Positions 1 through 8,491 of a stretch of 32,000 bases of DNA are shown in pieces. Source of the DNA: an uncultured Bacilli bacterium (GTDB lineage Bacteria; Bacillota_I; Bacilli_A; RF39; UBA660); the NCBI GenBank assembly GCA_934097105.1, contig CAKONI010000003.1, forward strand, positions 3,609 to 35,608, written 5' to 3'. The translations under genes were made by a program, and so were the position numbers. Numbering within the stretch: the first letter of the stretch is position 1; the number at the start of each line of letters is the position of its first letter. Below the pieces are notes generated by a model. It was not told the origin of the DNA. It saw nothing but the letters and a program-made list of their open reading frames with translations, and did not search any database.

Positions 1-75
1 TTTTTTACTTCTAGGATATTAGTCATTTTTATCACCATAGTAATAGTATCATATTTTTTTATTTTAGCAAACTTG

Positions 76-846
76 TTATAGTTGTTTTCTTACTCTTTGG
101 ATGGCACTTTTTTCTAATCTTGATATTTGGGCCTGACTTATTCCTATTTCTTTGGCTATTTCTACTTGGGTTTTTCCTATTATGAATCTTTGATCTAGTA
201 TGAATTTTTCTCTTTCGTTTAGGTTTGATATTGCTTTGTTGACTGCTAAATCGATGTCTAGATCTTGATTGTTTTTTTTGTCTTCTATTTGATCGAATAA
301 GTAGATGGTATCTCCGCCGTCGTTATATATTGGTTCGAATAGGCTTACTGGTGGTATTAGGGCTTCCATTGCTACCATTATGTCTTTTTCGCTTATTTCT
401 AATATGTCTGCTAATTCTTTGAATGTTGGTTCTTTTCCGTTTTTGATAGTTAGTTCATCTTTTAGTTTTAGGACTTTGTAGGCTGTGTCTTTGATGCTTC
501 GGCTTATTCTTATGCTACTGTTGTCTCTTAGGTATCTTCTTACTTCTCCGAGTACCATGGGTACGCAGTAGGTTGAAAATTTTACTCCGTATGATAGATC
601 AAAATTATCGATGGCTTTCATGAGACCGATGCATCCTACTTGGAATAGATCGTCCATGTTTTCTCCTTTTTTGTTGAATCTTTTTAGAATTGATAAGACG
701 AGTTTTAGATTTCCATTTGCTATTTGTTCTTTGCAGGATTTGTCTCCTTCTTTTAGTTTTTTAAAAAGCACTTCCATTTCTTCGCTTGTTAATACTTTGA
801 TATTACTGGTGTTTATTCCTGTAATTTCTACTTTGTGTTTTGCCAT
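76..846 (-). CDS. sigG: Forespore sigma factor SigG (sigma-70 family)
   Basis: 256-aa ORF nearly colinear with B. subtilis SigG as I recall it. Shared blocks: KVEI.G..TS, NGNL(K/R)LVLS, DDLFQVGCIGLMK, VKFSTY.VPM..GE.RRYLRDN, PVSLFEPIYNDGGD, GISQAQ.SRLEK. AAAGGAG Shine-Dalgarno lies 6 nt before the ATG. Confidence 0.9.
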   Translation of the reverse strand: MAKHKVEITGINTSNIKVLTSEEMEVLFKKLKEGDKSCKEQIANGNLKLVLSILKRFNKKGENMDDLFQVGCIGLMKAIDNFDLSYGVKFSTYCVPMVLGEVRRYLRDNSSIRISRSIKDTAYKVLKLKDELTIKNGKEPTFKELADILEISEKDIMVAMEALIPPVSLFEPIYNDGGDTIYLFDQIEDKKNNQDLDIDLAVNKAISNLNEREKFILDQRFIIGKTQVEIAKEIGISQAQISRLEKSAIQRVRKQL

Positions 847-890
847 AAAAAACTCCTTTCGCTTCTATAATGAAGTAAAAGGAGTTTTTT
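847..890 (-). terminator. rsmI intrinsic terminator hairpin whose 3' arm is the sigG Shine-Dalgarno
   Basis: Perfect 13-bp inverted repeat, 847-859 against 878-890 (AAAAAACTCCTTT / AAAGGAGTTTTTT). An inner CTTC/GAAG pairing sits in the 18-nt loop. On the minus strand the stem ends in a T6 run directly before the sigG ATG. Confidence 0.6.
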
Positions 891-895
891 TATTC
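866..895 (-). promoter_or_regulatory. Sigma-G/sigma-F-type forespore promoter for sigG
   Basis: Minus strand reads GAATA (895-891), an 18-nt spacer, then CATTATA (872-866). This fits the published sigma-G consensus GHATR-N18-CATXHTA at every specified position. The -35 overlaps the rsmI stop codon. Confidence 0.45.
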
Positions 896-1739
896 ACTTT
901 AACATATTTTTTAATTTTAAACTTGCTTCGTATATTTCATTTTTGTTGATATTTTTAGTTTCACTTAGGAATTTTATGGCTTCTTTGGTTGTTAAATTTT
1001 CTTTTATCATTACGTCTACTAGTTGAGCGGGGATTGATATTTCTTCTTTTGTTTCTTTTTCGTTTTCTTTTTCAATTATAAATGTATATTCTCCGAGTGA
1101 TGAGTTTTTGTCTTTTTCTATTTCTTTTATCACTTCTTTTAGGTTTCCGAAGTAGTTTGTTTCGAACATTTTTGTAAGTTCTCTGGAGACGCTTATTTTG
1201 ATATTTCCTAGGTTTTCTAGTAAGTAGTTTAGTGTTTTTATTATTCTTTTTGGTGATTCATAGAAGGCATAGGTTGTTATTTTTGATGATTTTATGTCTT
1301 TTATTAAGAGATTTTTTTCTTTTGTTTCTCTTGGGAAGAAGCCGCAAAAGGTAAATTTATCTGATGATAGACCGCTTATACTTATGGCGTTTATAAAGGC
1401 ACACATTCCTCCGATTGGTATTACTTTTAGGTTTTCTTCTTTGGCTTTTTTTACGAGGATATAGCCTGGATCTGATATGCAAGGGGTTCCGGCATCGCTT
1501 ATTAGGGCGATGTTTAGGCCTTTTTTTAGATCTTCGATTACTTTGGTTGTCATGTTTACTTCGTTAAATTTATGATAGGAAATTAGTTTGTTTTTTATTT
1601 CTAAATTTTTAAGAAGTTTTAGACTTACTCTTGTGTCTTCGCAGAGAATTATGTCTACGTTTTCTAAGGTTTCTATGGCTCTTTTTGTTATGTCGTTTAG
1701 GTTACCGATTGGGGTTGCTACGACGTAAAGGTTTCCCAT
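894..1739 (-). CDS. rsmI: 16S rRNA (cytidine1402-2'-O)-methyltransferase RsmI
   Basis: 281 aa. N-terminus LYVVATPIGNLNDIT.RA...L..VD.I.CEDTR and GTPCISDPG are typical of the RsmI / tetrapyrrole-methylase-fold family. The start lies 2 nt after the mutS stop. Confidence 0.85.
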   Translation of the reverse strand: MGNLYVVATPIGNLNDITKRAIETLENVDIILCEDTRVSLKLLKNLEIKNKLISYHKFNEVNMTTKVIEDLKKGLNIALISDAGTPCISDPGYILVKKAKEENLKVIPIGGMCAFINAISISGLSSDKFTFCGFFPRETKEKNLLIKDIKSSKITTYAFYESPKRIIKTLNYLLENLGNIKISVSRELTKMFETNYFGNLKEVIKEIEKDKNSSLGEYTFIIEKENEKETKEEISIPAQLVDVMIKENLTTKEAIKFLSETKNINKNEIYEASLKLKNMLK

Positions 1740-1741
1740 AA

Positions 1742-4300
1742 TTATTCACTTTCTTTCTTTGAATTATCACTGTTTATTATTTCTTCTTTTAGATTCGCAA
1801 GTATGTTTAATGCTTCAAGTGGTGTTATTTGCAAGGGGTCTATTTCTTTTAATTTTTTTAGGACTTTGTCTTCTTTTTTTTCATTAAAGTCTAGGAATAG
1901 ACTTGTTTGGGTGTATGTTTCTTTTTTATTTTCTGTGTTTTCGTAAATGTTTAGTATTTCGTTTGAACGATTGATTATTTCTTTTGGCAAGCCTACTAAA
2001 GAGGCGACGTGGATTCCGTAACTTTTATCGACTGCGCCGTTTTTCACTTTGTGTAGGAAGATTATTTTTCCGTTTTCTTCTTTGGCACTGACGTGGATAT
2101 TTTTTAAGTTTCTTAGGTTGTTTTCTAGTGATGTTAGTTCGTGGTAATGGGTTGAGAATAAGGTTTTGGCTCCGATGTTGTCGTGAATATATTCTAGTAT
2201 TCCTTGGGCTAGGCTCATTCCGTCATAGGTTGCAGTTCCTCTTCCTAATTCGTCAAATAGGATTAAACTGTTTTGGGTGGCATTTTTTATAGCGTAGTTT
2301 GCTTCTTTCATTTCGACCATGAATGTGGATTCTCCGCTTACTAGATCGTCACTTGCACCGATTCTTGTAAATATATTGTCGAAGATGGGTAGAACTGCTT
2401 CGTCACATGGGACAAAACTTCCTATTTGGTTTAGGATTACTATGATTGCTATCATTCTCATGTAGGTTGATTTACCACTCATGTTGGGTCCTGTTATAAG
2501 AAGTATATTGGTTCTTTCGTTCATAATAACGTCGTTTGGAACGTATTCTTTTTTTTGGACGGCTTCTACTACGGGGTGCCTACCATTTTTTATTGATATA
2601 TTTCTTTTGTCGGTTATTTTTGGTTTTATGAAGTTGTTATTTTCTGCGATTACTGTGAAGGATAAAATGACGTCTAGTTCACTTAGTACTTCTGATATTT
2701 TTTGAAGACTTGGAATATATTCTTTTACTTTTTCTCTTATTTTTATGAATAATTCGTATTCTAGGGAGATTTGTTTTTCTAGTGAGTTTAGAATTAGTTC
2801 TTCCATTTCTTTTAGTTTTTTTGTTGTATATCTTTCTGAGTTTGATAGTGTTTGTTTTCTTTCGTAGCCGTATTCTTCTTTTATTAGGTCTTTGTTTCCT
2901 TTAGAAATTTCTATATAGTAACCGAACACTTTATTGAATCCTACTTTTAGGTTTTTGATGCCTGTTTTTTCTTTTTCTTCTTGTTCAAGGGAAATTAGTA
3001 CATCTTTTCCTCCGCTTGATAGTTTTTTTAATTTATCTAGTTCTTCATTGAATCCTTCTTTTATTACTCCGCCTTCTCTTATAGTAAGTGGTGCATTTTC
3101 TTTGATTGAGTTTTCTAGTAGATTATATAGTTCTATTAAGGGGTCGAAGTTTTTGTCGTAGTTTATTTCTTTTAGAATTTTGCATATTTCTGGTAGGTTT
3201 TTTAGGGAGTTTTTTAACTGGATTAGATCTCTTCCGTTGCAGTTTCCATAACTTATTCTTCCTGATAGTCTTTCTAGGTCGTATACACTGTCAAGTAGGT
3301 TTCTTAGTTCTTCTTTATAGATAAATTCTGTTAGAAAGGTTGTTATGTAGTTTTGTCTTCTTTTTATTTCTTGTTTATTTATTAATGGGTTTTCGATGTA
3401 TTCTTTTAATTTACGGGAACCCATTGCGGTTTTTGTTTTGTCTAAGAACCATAGTAGTGAGTATGTTCTTTCTTTTTGTCTTAGGGTTTGGGTAAGTTCT
3501 AGGTTTCTTTTGGTGTGGACATCTAGATGAAGTACGTCTTTTTTATTTTTTATTATTACTTTTTTAAAGTGAGAGAGATTTTTCTTTTTTGTGTCTTCTA
3601 TGTAGAAGAGTAAATGTTTTATTGAGGTTACTAGTCTTATGTCTTTTATGTCTTCGTATATTTCTTTATATGAGTCTGTAAGATCGTTACTTATGGTTAC
3701 TAAAAGTTGGAAGTTTTCTCTTAGTATATTTATAATTTTTCTACTTATTTTTGAGTTTACTAGAATTTCTTTTAGTTCTAGTCTAGCTATTTCGCTTATT
3801 AATGCGTCTTCGTTATAATCGATTAATTCTGTATAGAAGTTTCCTGTTGATATGTCGGCATAACTGATTGCATAGCAGTGGGAAAAGTCGTAGATGCTTC
3901 CTATGTAGTTGTTGCTTTTTTCGTCTAGGGAGCCACTTTCCATTAGGGTTCCTTTGGTTACTACTTGCACTACTCCACGTTTTACCATGCTTTTTTTATC
4001 TGGGGCGGTGAGTTGTTCGCAGATGGCAACTTTGTAGCCACGATTTACTAATTTTTCTAAATAGGATTCGTAGGAATGATGTGGTACTCCGCACATTGGA
4101 ACTTTTTCTTCTAAACCGCTGTTTCTTCCGGTTAGGGCAATTTCTAACTCTTTGCTACATGTAATTGCGTCTTCGAAAAACATTTCGTAAAAATCCCCAA
4201 GTCTATAGAAGATTATTGCATCTTCATACTTGTCTTTTATTTCCATATATTGTAGCATCATTGGGGATAATTTTTCTCTATTAACTTCACTTCTTTTCAT
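1742..4300 (-). CDS. mutS: DNA mismatch repair protein MutS
   Basis: 852 aa. N-terminal LSPMMLQYMEIK and FYRLGDFYEMFFEDA, Walker A GPNMSGKST, Walker B LILFDELGRGT, and STHYHEL. Confidence 0.95.
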   Translation of the reverse strand: MKRSEVNREKLSPMMLQYMEIKDKYEDAIIFYRLGDFYEMFFEDAITCSKELEIALTGRNSGLEEKVPMCGVPHHSYESYLEKLVNRGYKVAICEQLTAPDKKSMVKRGVVQVVTKGTLMESGSLDEKSNNYIGSIYDFSHCYAISYADISTGNFYTELIDYNEDALISEIARLELKEILVNSKISRKIINILRENFQLLVTISNDLTDSYKEIYEDIKDIRLVTSIKHLLFYIEDTKKKNLSHFKKVIIKNKKDVLHLDVHTKRNLELTQTLRQKERTYSLLWFLDKTKTAMGSRKLKEYIENPLINKQEIKRRQNYITTFLTEFIYKEELRNLLDSVYDLERLSGRISYGNCNGRDLIQLKNSLKNLPEICKILKEINYDKNFDPLIELYNLLENSIKENAPLTIREGGVIKEGFNEELDKLKKLSSGGKDVLISLEQEEKEKTGIKNLKVGFNKVFGYYIEISKGNKDLIKEEYGYERKQTLSNSERYTTKKLKEMEELILNSLEKQISLEYELFIKIREKVKEYIPSLQKISEVLSELDVILSFTVIAENNNFIKPKITDKRNISIKNGRHPVVEAVQKKEYVPNDVIMNERTNILLITGPNMSGKSTYMRMIAIIVILNQIGSFVPCDEAVLPIFDNIFTRIGASDDLVSGESTFMVEMKEANYAIKNATQNSLILFDELGRGTATYDGMSLAQGILEYIHDNIGAKTLFSTHYHELTSLENNLRNLKNIHVSAKEENGKIIFLHKVKNGAVDKSYGIHVASLVGLPKEIINRSNEILNIYENTENKKETYTQTSLFLDFNEKKEDKVLKKLKEIDPLQITPLEALNILANLKEEIINSDNSKKESE

Positions 4301-4369
4301 AATACAACACCTAGAATGTATTATACAAAAAATTTAAAGATAAATCTAGTCTAGAAATATTTATTTTTA

Positions 4370-4398
4370 TTTACTTTTTTTTAATTTTGAGGTAGAAT
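4370..4398 (+). promoter_or_regulatory. Sigma-A-type promoter for the adhesin gene
   Basis: TTTACT (4370-4375), 17-nt spacer, TAGAAT (4393-4398). AAAGGAGG Shine-Dalgarno precedes the ATG at 4420. Confidence 0.5.
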
Positions 4399-4419
4399 TA
4401 TACTTGAAAGGAGGATAAA

Positions 4420-5838
4420 ATGAAAAAAGGACTATTAAAATATTTAGTGATACTTGCTGCTTTGGTTATTCCATTTGTTGTTAATGCGGAGGATGTTACT
4501 CAGAATACTACTTTAAAAGGTAATGTAACTGATGGTCTTACTGTTAAAAGTGGAAGTAATGTTACAATTGATTTGGCTGGTTTTGATGTTAGCAATGTTA
4601 GTGGTAAACATACTATTGTAATTGAAAAAGGTGCGACTGCAGTTATTACTGGAAATGGTACTGTTAGTAACAATTCTAATAAGAAGGCACCAATTTATAA
4701 TGATGGTACTTTAACTATTAATAATGGTTTTTACACTCGTAAAGATAGTACTGGAAATAGTTACTATGTAATACTAAATCATGGTGAAATGATTATTAAT
4801 GGCGGAGAATTTTCTATTGCAAATGGGATATCATCATTAATCGATAATGGTTGGTATACACCTTCTGAAAATAAGACTGGTGCGATGGCTTCTTTAACAA
4901 TTAACAATGGTACTTTTAACATGAATAATAATGATAAGTATATCAAAAATGATGACTTTGGTGTTATGACTGTTAATGGTGGCGAATTCAATATGTTAAA
5001 ACCAAGTAGTGCAATTATTGCTAATGTTGGTTTTGCAAGCGGAAAAGAAAAAGTTGTTGTTAATGATGGTACATTTAACTATCAAAGTAGAGAAGATGCT
5101 GATGCTCCTGGGTATGCTATCTGGGATTATGATTGGGCTTCTAAAGGATATAATGACAACTCTACAACTATAGTAAATGGTGGTAAGTTTTACTTAACTG
5201 GTACAACTGTAAAAGGTATTACTAATGGTACTATTTCTGATAACCAAAAGGAATATCCTGTTATTGGTTCTGATGAATATGTTCTTGTTAATGAAGATGA
5301 ATTAACTCAAAAGGCTATTTCTGAAAAGTTAAATGAAAATCAAGTTAATGATTCTGAAAAGAGTTTGATTAATTCTATAATTCAAAATAAGAAGTTATCT
5401 ATTGCAGGACTTTATAACATTGATTTATTCAGTATGTTTAAAAATTTAAAACTTGAACAAATTTCTGAATCTAGCAAACAAATTAATGTAACTTTAAAAA
5501 TTCCATCTGATATATTAAATGTAAAAAATGGATATAAGAGAACTTATTTTGTTGTAAGAGTTCATGATGGTGAAGTTACTGTTTTAGATGCTAAGAACAA
5601 TGGTAATGGTACAGTTTCATTTAATTCTAATCAATTCTCTACTTATGCACTTGCATATAAAGATGAAAAGATTACTAATAATGGAAATGGAACTGAAAAC
5701 GGAAATGTTACAAAAACTAGTAATACTAATATTAAGAATCCACAAACTTATGATAGTGTTTTAACTTATGCTATTTTAGGTGTTGTTTCTTTAGCAGGTA
5801 TTGCTACTATTCTAGTTGTTAGAAAAAGATTTAATTAA
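4420..5838 (+). CDS. Secreted, cell-wall-anchored adhesin-like protein (beta-helix-like NGG.F repeats, NPQT-type sorting signal)
   Basis: 472 aa. Signal peptide MKKGLLKYLVILAALVIPFVVNA. Recurring (I/V)N(G/N/D)G.F turns: INNGFYT, INGGEFSI, INNGTFNM, VNGGEFNM, VNDGTFNY, VNGGKFYL. C-terminus is KNPQTYD, a hydrophobic segment, then RKRFN. Confidence 0.6.
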   Translation: MKKGLLKYLVILAALVIPFVVNAEDVTQNTTLKGNVTDGLTVKSGSNVTIDLAGFDVSNVSGKHTIVIEKGATAVITGNGTVSNNSNKKAPIYNDGTLTINNGFYTRKDSTGNSYYVILNHGEMIINGGEFSIANGISSLIDNGWYTPSENKTGAMASLTINNGTFNMNNNDKYIKNDDFGVMTVNGGEFNMLKPSSAIIANVGFASGKEKVVVNDGTFNYQSREDADAPGYAIWDYDWASKGYNDNSTTIVNGGKFYLTGTTVKGITNGTISDNQKEYPVIGSDEYVLVNEDELTQKAISEKLNENQVNDSEKSLINSIIQNKKLSIAGLYNIDLFSMFKNLKLEQISESSKQINVTLKIPSDILNVKNGYKRTYFVVRVHDGEVTVLDAKNNGNGTVSFNSNQFSTYALAYKDEKITNNGNGTENGNVTKTSNTNIKNPQTYDSVLTYAILGVVSLAGIATILVVRKRFN

Positions 5839-5841
5839 TTA

Positions 5842-5870
5842 AAAGTCATCGTTTGATGGCTTTTTCTTTT
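5842..5870 (+). terminator. Intrinsic terminator of the adhesin gene
   Basis: AAAGTCATC gttt GATGGCTTT stem (one G-U pair) followed by TTTTTCTTTT, 4 nt after the stop codon. Confidence 0.7.
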
Positions 5871-5921
5871 GGTATGAAAGTAAATATTTGTATATATAAA
5901 ATTATTGTAGCAAACATTCAT

Positions 5922-5950
5922 TTGACAATTTACATGAAATGTGGTATTAT
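5922..5950 (+). promoter_or_regulatory. Strong sigma-A promoter with extended -10 for the Fic gene
   Basis: TTGACA (5922-5927), 17-nt spacer, TGg-TATTAT (-10 at 5945-5950). AAGGA/GGTG Shine-Dalgarno region precedes the ATG at 5981. Confidence 0.6.
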
Positions 5951-5980
5951 ATAGCCCAATAAAAAGGATGGTGCGTGTAA

Positions 5981-6904
5981 ATGGAAATAATATTACATGA
6001 TACGGCGAAGAAAATAAATTATTTTAACTTATTTGATTTTTTAAGTAAGATAAAGTTAAATGCTAATGTTTTGGAACATTTGGAAGAAACTAATCAAAAT
6101 TTTGATAATTATTTTAAAAAGTTGGCAAAATATGATGATGAGTTTATACTTTATTTTTGGATAAGTTTGGCTTATGAGGAAATTAAGAATAATAATTATG
6201 TTGAGAATCATACTTTTAGTAATTTAGATTTGGATATTAAAGATGTTTTTTTTGATAATCTTAATATAAGTCATAGTAGGATTCATAATATACATAAGTT
6301 TGTTATGAAAGATTCTGATAAAAAAGAGGATGCTGGTCATTATAGAAAAGATGATGTTAGGGTAAGTTATGTTGGGAAAGATTATGAAGAGATATTTTGG
6401 TATGGCGCGGAGCCTGAGGATATAAAGAAGTTTATGAATGCATTTATTGAAGTTTATAAGACTAATAATATGTCTTTTATTGATTCTAATCCTTTTTTGA
6501 AAAGTTCGCTTATTCATTTGTTATTTTTGAAAATTCATCCTTATTCTGATGGGAATGGGAGAACTTCTAGAATATTACATAATATAAAGTTTACTGAAGC
6601 ACTTAATAAAATATATAAAATGAATTTGAAGATATGTCCGGTTAATTTGTCTAAGAGTATAAATCTTTGTAAACCTACATATGTAGATATATTGGATAGT
6701 ATTTATTTTGATCTTGATCATGATAATAATGAGCAAATAAATAGATGGTTTAACTTTTTGCTTAATATGTATGATGAACAGTTGTTTATGAATTCTAATA
6801 TGATAAATAATATGGATGATGTAATTGAGAGGATTCAAAATATTAAAGATAAATGGGATAATGATAAAATTGTACAATTTAAAAAGCCACGCATTAGGTA
6901 TTAA
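5981..6904 (+). CDS. Fic/DOC family protein (putative AMPylase)
   Basis: 307 aa. Canonical Fic active-site loop HPYSDGNGRTSR (codons 6536-6571) fits HxFx(D/E)GNGRxxR, with Y in place of F. Confidence 0.8.
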   Translation: MEIILHDTAKKINYFNLFDFLSKIKLNANVLEHLEETNQNFDNYFKKLAKYDDEFILYFWISLAYEEIKNNNYVENHTFSNLDLDIKDVFFDNLNISHSRIHNIHKFVMKDSDKKEDAGHYRKDDVRVSYVGKDYEEIFWYGAEPEDIKKFMNAFIEVYKTNNMSFIDSNPFLKSSLIHLLFLKIHPYSDGNGRTSRILHNIKFTEALNKIYKMNLKICPVNLSKSINLCKPTYVDILDSIYFDLDHDNNEQINRWFNFLLNMYDEQLFMNSNMINNMDDVIERIQNIKDKWDNDKIVQFKKPRIRY

Positions 6905-6917
6905 GCGTGACTTTTTT
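6881..6917. terminator. Bidirectional terminator shared by Fic (+) and spoIVA (-)
   Basis: AAGCCACGC (6884-6892) pairs with GCGTGACTT (6905-6913) with one mismatch and a 12-nt loop. An A5 run lies on one side and a T6 run on the other. The hairpin overlaps the 3' end of the Fic gene. Confidence 0.5.
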
Positions 6918-8397
6918 ATATGACAATTGCAATTAAATTATTTGAGCCTTTGTTAACTACTTTGGACATGGTTGTTTGGAATTTATATCTTACATTTTCT
7001 GGCATCATGGCTATTTTTGATTGTATTCCTTCTTGAACGATTTTGTCTAGACTTCTTCCGAATATTTCACTTGACCAAATGCTGTTTGGATCGTCTTTGC
7101 TGTCTTTCATTAGATAGTCAATTAGTTCTTTGCTTTGGGCTTCAGTTCCGATGATTGGTTCGAAACTAGATTCAACGTCTACTCGTATCATGTGTATTGA
7201 AGGTGCGGTGGCTTTTAATTTTATTCCATACCTACTACCCTGCTTGGTTATTTCTGGTTTATCTAGTTTCATGTCTTTAAGTGTTGGGTTGGCTACTCCA
7301 TATCCAGTTGTTTTAACCATTTTTAGGGCTACTTTAAATTGTTCGTAATCGTCTCTTGATTCTTTGTATTCTTGGAACATTGAAAGTAAATTTGCTTTGT
7401 TTGATATATCAACGTCTATCATTTCATTTAGTACTGTTTCGAATAGGTCTTCTGGGGCATCAAGTGTAATTGTAATAATTCCTGTTTTTGGATCTACATC
7501 GGACATATATGAACTTTTGATGTATTCACAGTCTTCAAAATGAGTAATTATTTTGTCAACATCGCGAAGTTTATCGACTTCTACTACACTCTCTTTTATT
7601 TTTTCAATGTATGCTTTTTTTACATAATGATTTGGTTTTAGAACTCCGATCCACTCAGGGATATCTACGTCTACTTCAAGTATTGGAAATTCATATAGGG
7701 CTTCACGTAAAATGTTTGTTACTTCTATTTCGTTCATATTAATAACGTCCATTGGAAGTACTGGTACTTTATATTTTTCTTTCATGTCTGTTACAAGTTT
7801 TGTAGTATCATTTGATGTGGGATTTGTAGTATTAAGTACCATAATGAATGGTTTATTGATACTTTGAAGTTCATTTACTACTTTTTCTTCGGCTTCTATG
7901 TAATCGTTTCTAGTGAATTCTCCGAAGGAACCATCAGTGGTTACAATTATACCGATAGTGGAATGGTCTTTTATTACTTTTTCCGTTCCTATTTCTGCTG
8001 CTTCGACGAAAGGTATTTCTTCATTGTACCAAGGTGTTTTAACCATTCTAGGTCCATTTTCATCTTCATAGCCTTTTGCTTCTTCAATAACGTATCCAAC
8101 ACAATCTACAAGTCTCATGTTACAGGTCATGTCATCAATTTTTATTTTTGCAATATTATTGGGTACAAATTTTGGTTCAATAGTCATAATTGTTTTACCA
8201 CCGCTAGATTGAGGTATTTCATCTAAGGTTCTTTTTCTTTCATATTCATCATCAATATTAGGCACGACTAAGGATTCAACGACTTTTTTTATAAATGTAG
8301 ATTTTCCTGTACGAACTGCTCCGACGACTCCTAAATATATATCCCCACCAGTACGATAAGCAATATTCTTAATTATCTCTTTTTTGTCCACTTGCAT
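6916..8397 (-). CDS. spoIVA: Stage IV sporulation protein A (spore coat morphogenetic ATPase)
   Basis: Colinear with B. subtilis SpoIVA over the full length: RTGGDIYLGVVGAVRTGKSTFIKK, GKTIMT.EPKFVPN, RLVDCVGY, GYEDENGPRM, LREALYEFP.LEV, ALKMVK.TGYG, APSIHMI.VDVES.F.PIIGTE.QS.EL. Start reassigned to MQVDKK (ATG at 8397). The 16 upstream codons of the ORF track have no counterpart in SpoIVA. Confidence 0.95.
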   Translation of the reverse strand: MQVDKKEIIKNIAYRTGGDIYLGVVGAVRTGKSTFIKKVVESLVVPNIDDEYERKRTLDEIPQSSGGKTIMTIEPKFVPNNIAKIKIDDMTCNMRLVDCVGYVIEEAKGYEDENGPRMVKTPWYNEEIPFVEAAEIGTEKVIKDHSTIGIIVTTDGSFGEFTRNDYIEAEEKVVNELQSINKPFIMVLNTTNPTSNDTTKLVTDMKEKYKVPVLPMDVINMNEIEVTNILREALYEFPILEVDVDIPEWIGVLKPNHYVKKAYIEKIKESVVEVDKLRDVDKIITHFEDCEYIKSSYMSDVDPKTGIITITLDAPEDLFETVLNEMIDVDISNKANLLSMFQEYKESRDDYEQFKVALKMVKTTGYGVANPTLKDMKLDKPEITKQGSRYGIKLKATAPSIHMIRVDVESSFEPIIGTEAQSKELIDYLMKDSKDDPNSIWSSEIFGRSLDKIVQEGIQSKIAMMPENVRYKFQTTMSKVVNKGSNNLIAIVI

Positions 8398-8414
8398 CAC
8401 TCTCTTTCTGTTTA

Positions 8415-8443
8415 ATAATATGATAAGTGAAAAATATTTATAC
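8415..8443 (-). promoter_or_regulatory. Sigma-E-type promoter candidate for spoIVA
   Basis: Minus strand reads GTATAAA (8443-8437), 14-nt spacer, CATATTAT (8422-8415). Published sigma-E consensus is ZHATAXX-N14-CATACAHT. The -35 fits and the -10 matches 6 of 8. spoIVA is sigma-E dependent in B. subtilis. Confidence 0.35.
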
Positions 8444-8471
8444 AAAAAAGATGAAAAATTGTTAATGCAAA

Positions 8472-8491
8472 AGAAAAAGGTCTAATGACCT
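8472..8491 (-). terminator. Short intrinsic terminator after the surface-protein (pseudo)gene
   Basis: AGGTC atta GACCT hairpin (8478-8491) overlapping the stop codon, followed on the minus strand by TTTTTCTTTT. Confidence 0.45.

Noticed and set aside
8398-8445. 16-codon N-terminal extension of spoIVA (MYKYFSLIILLNRKRV)
   Set aside because: It has no counterpart in SpoIVA orthologues. It overlaps the putative sigma-E promoter. The MQVDKK start aligns with the B. subtilis N-terminus.
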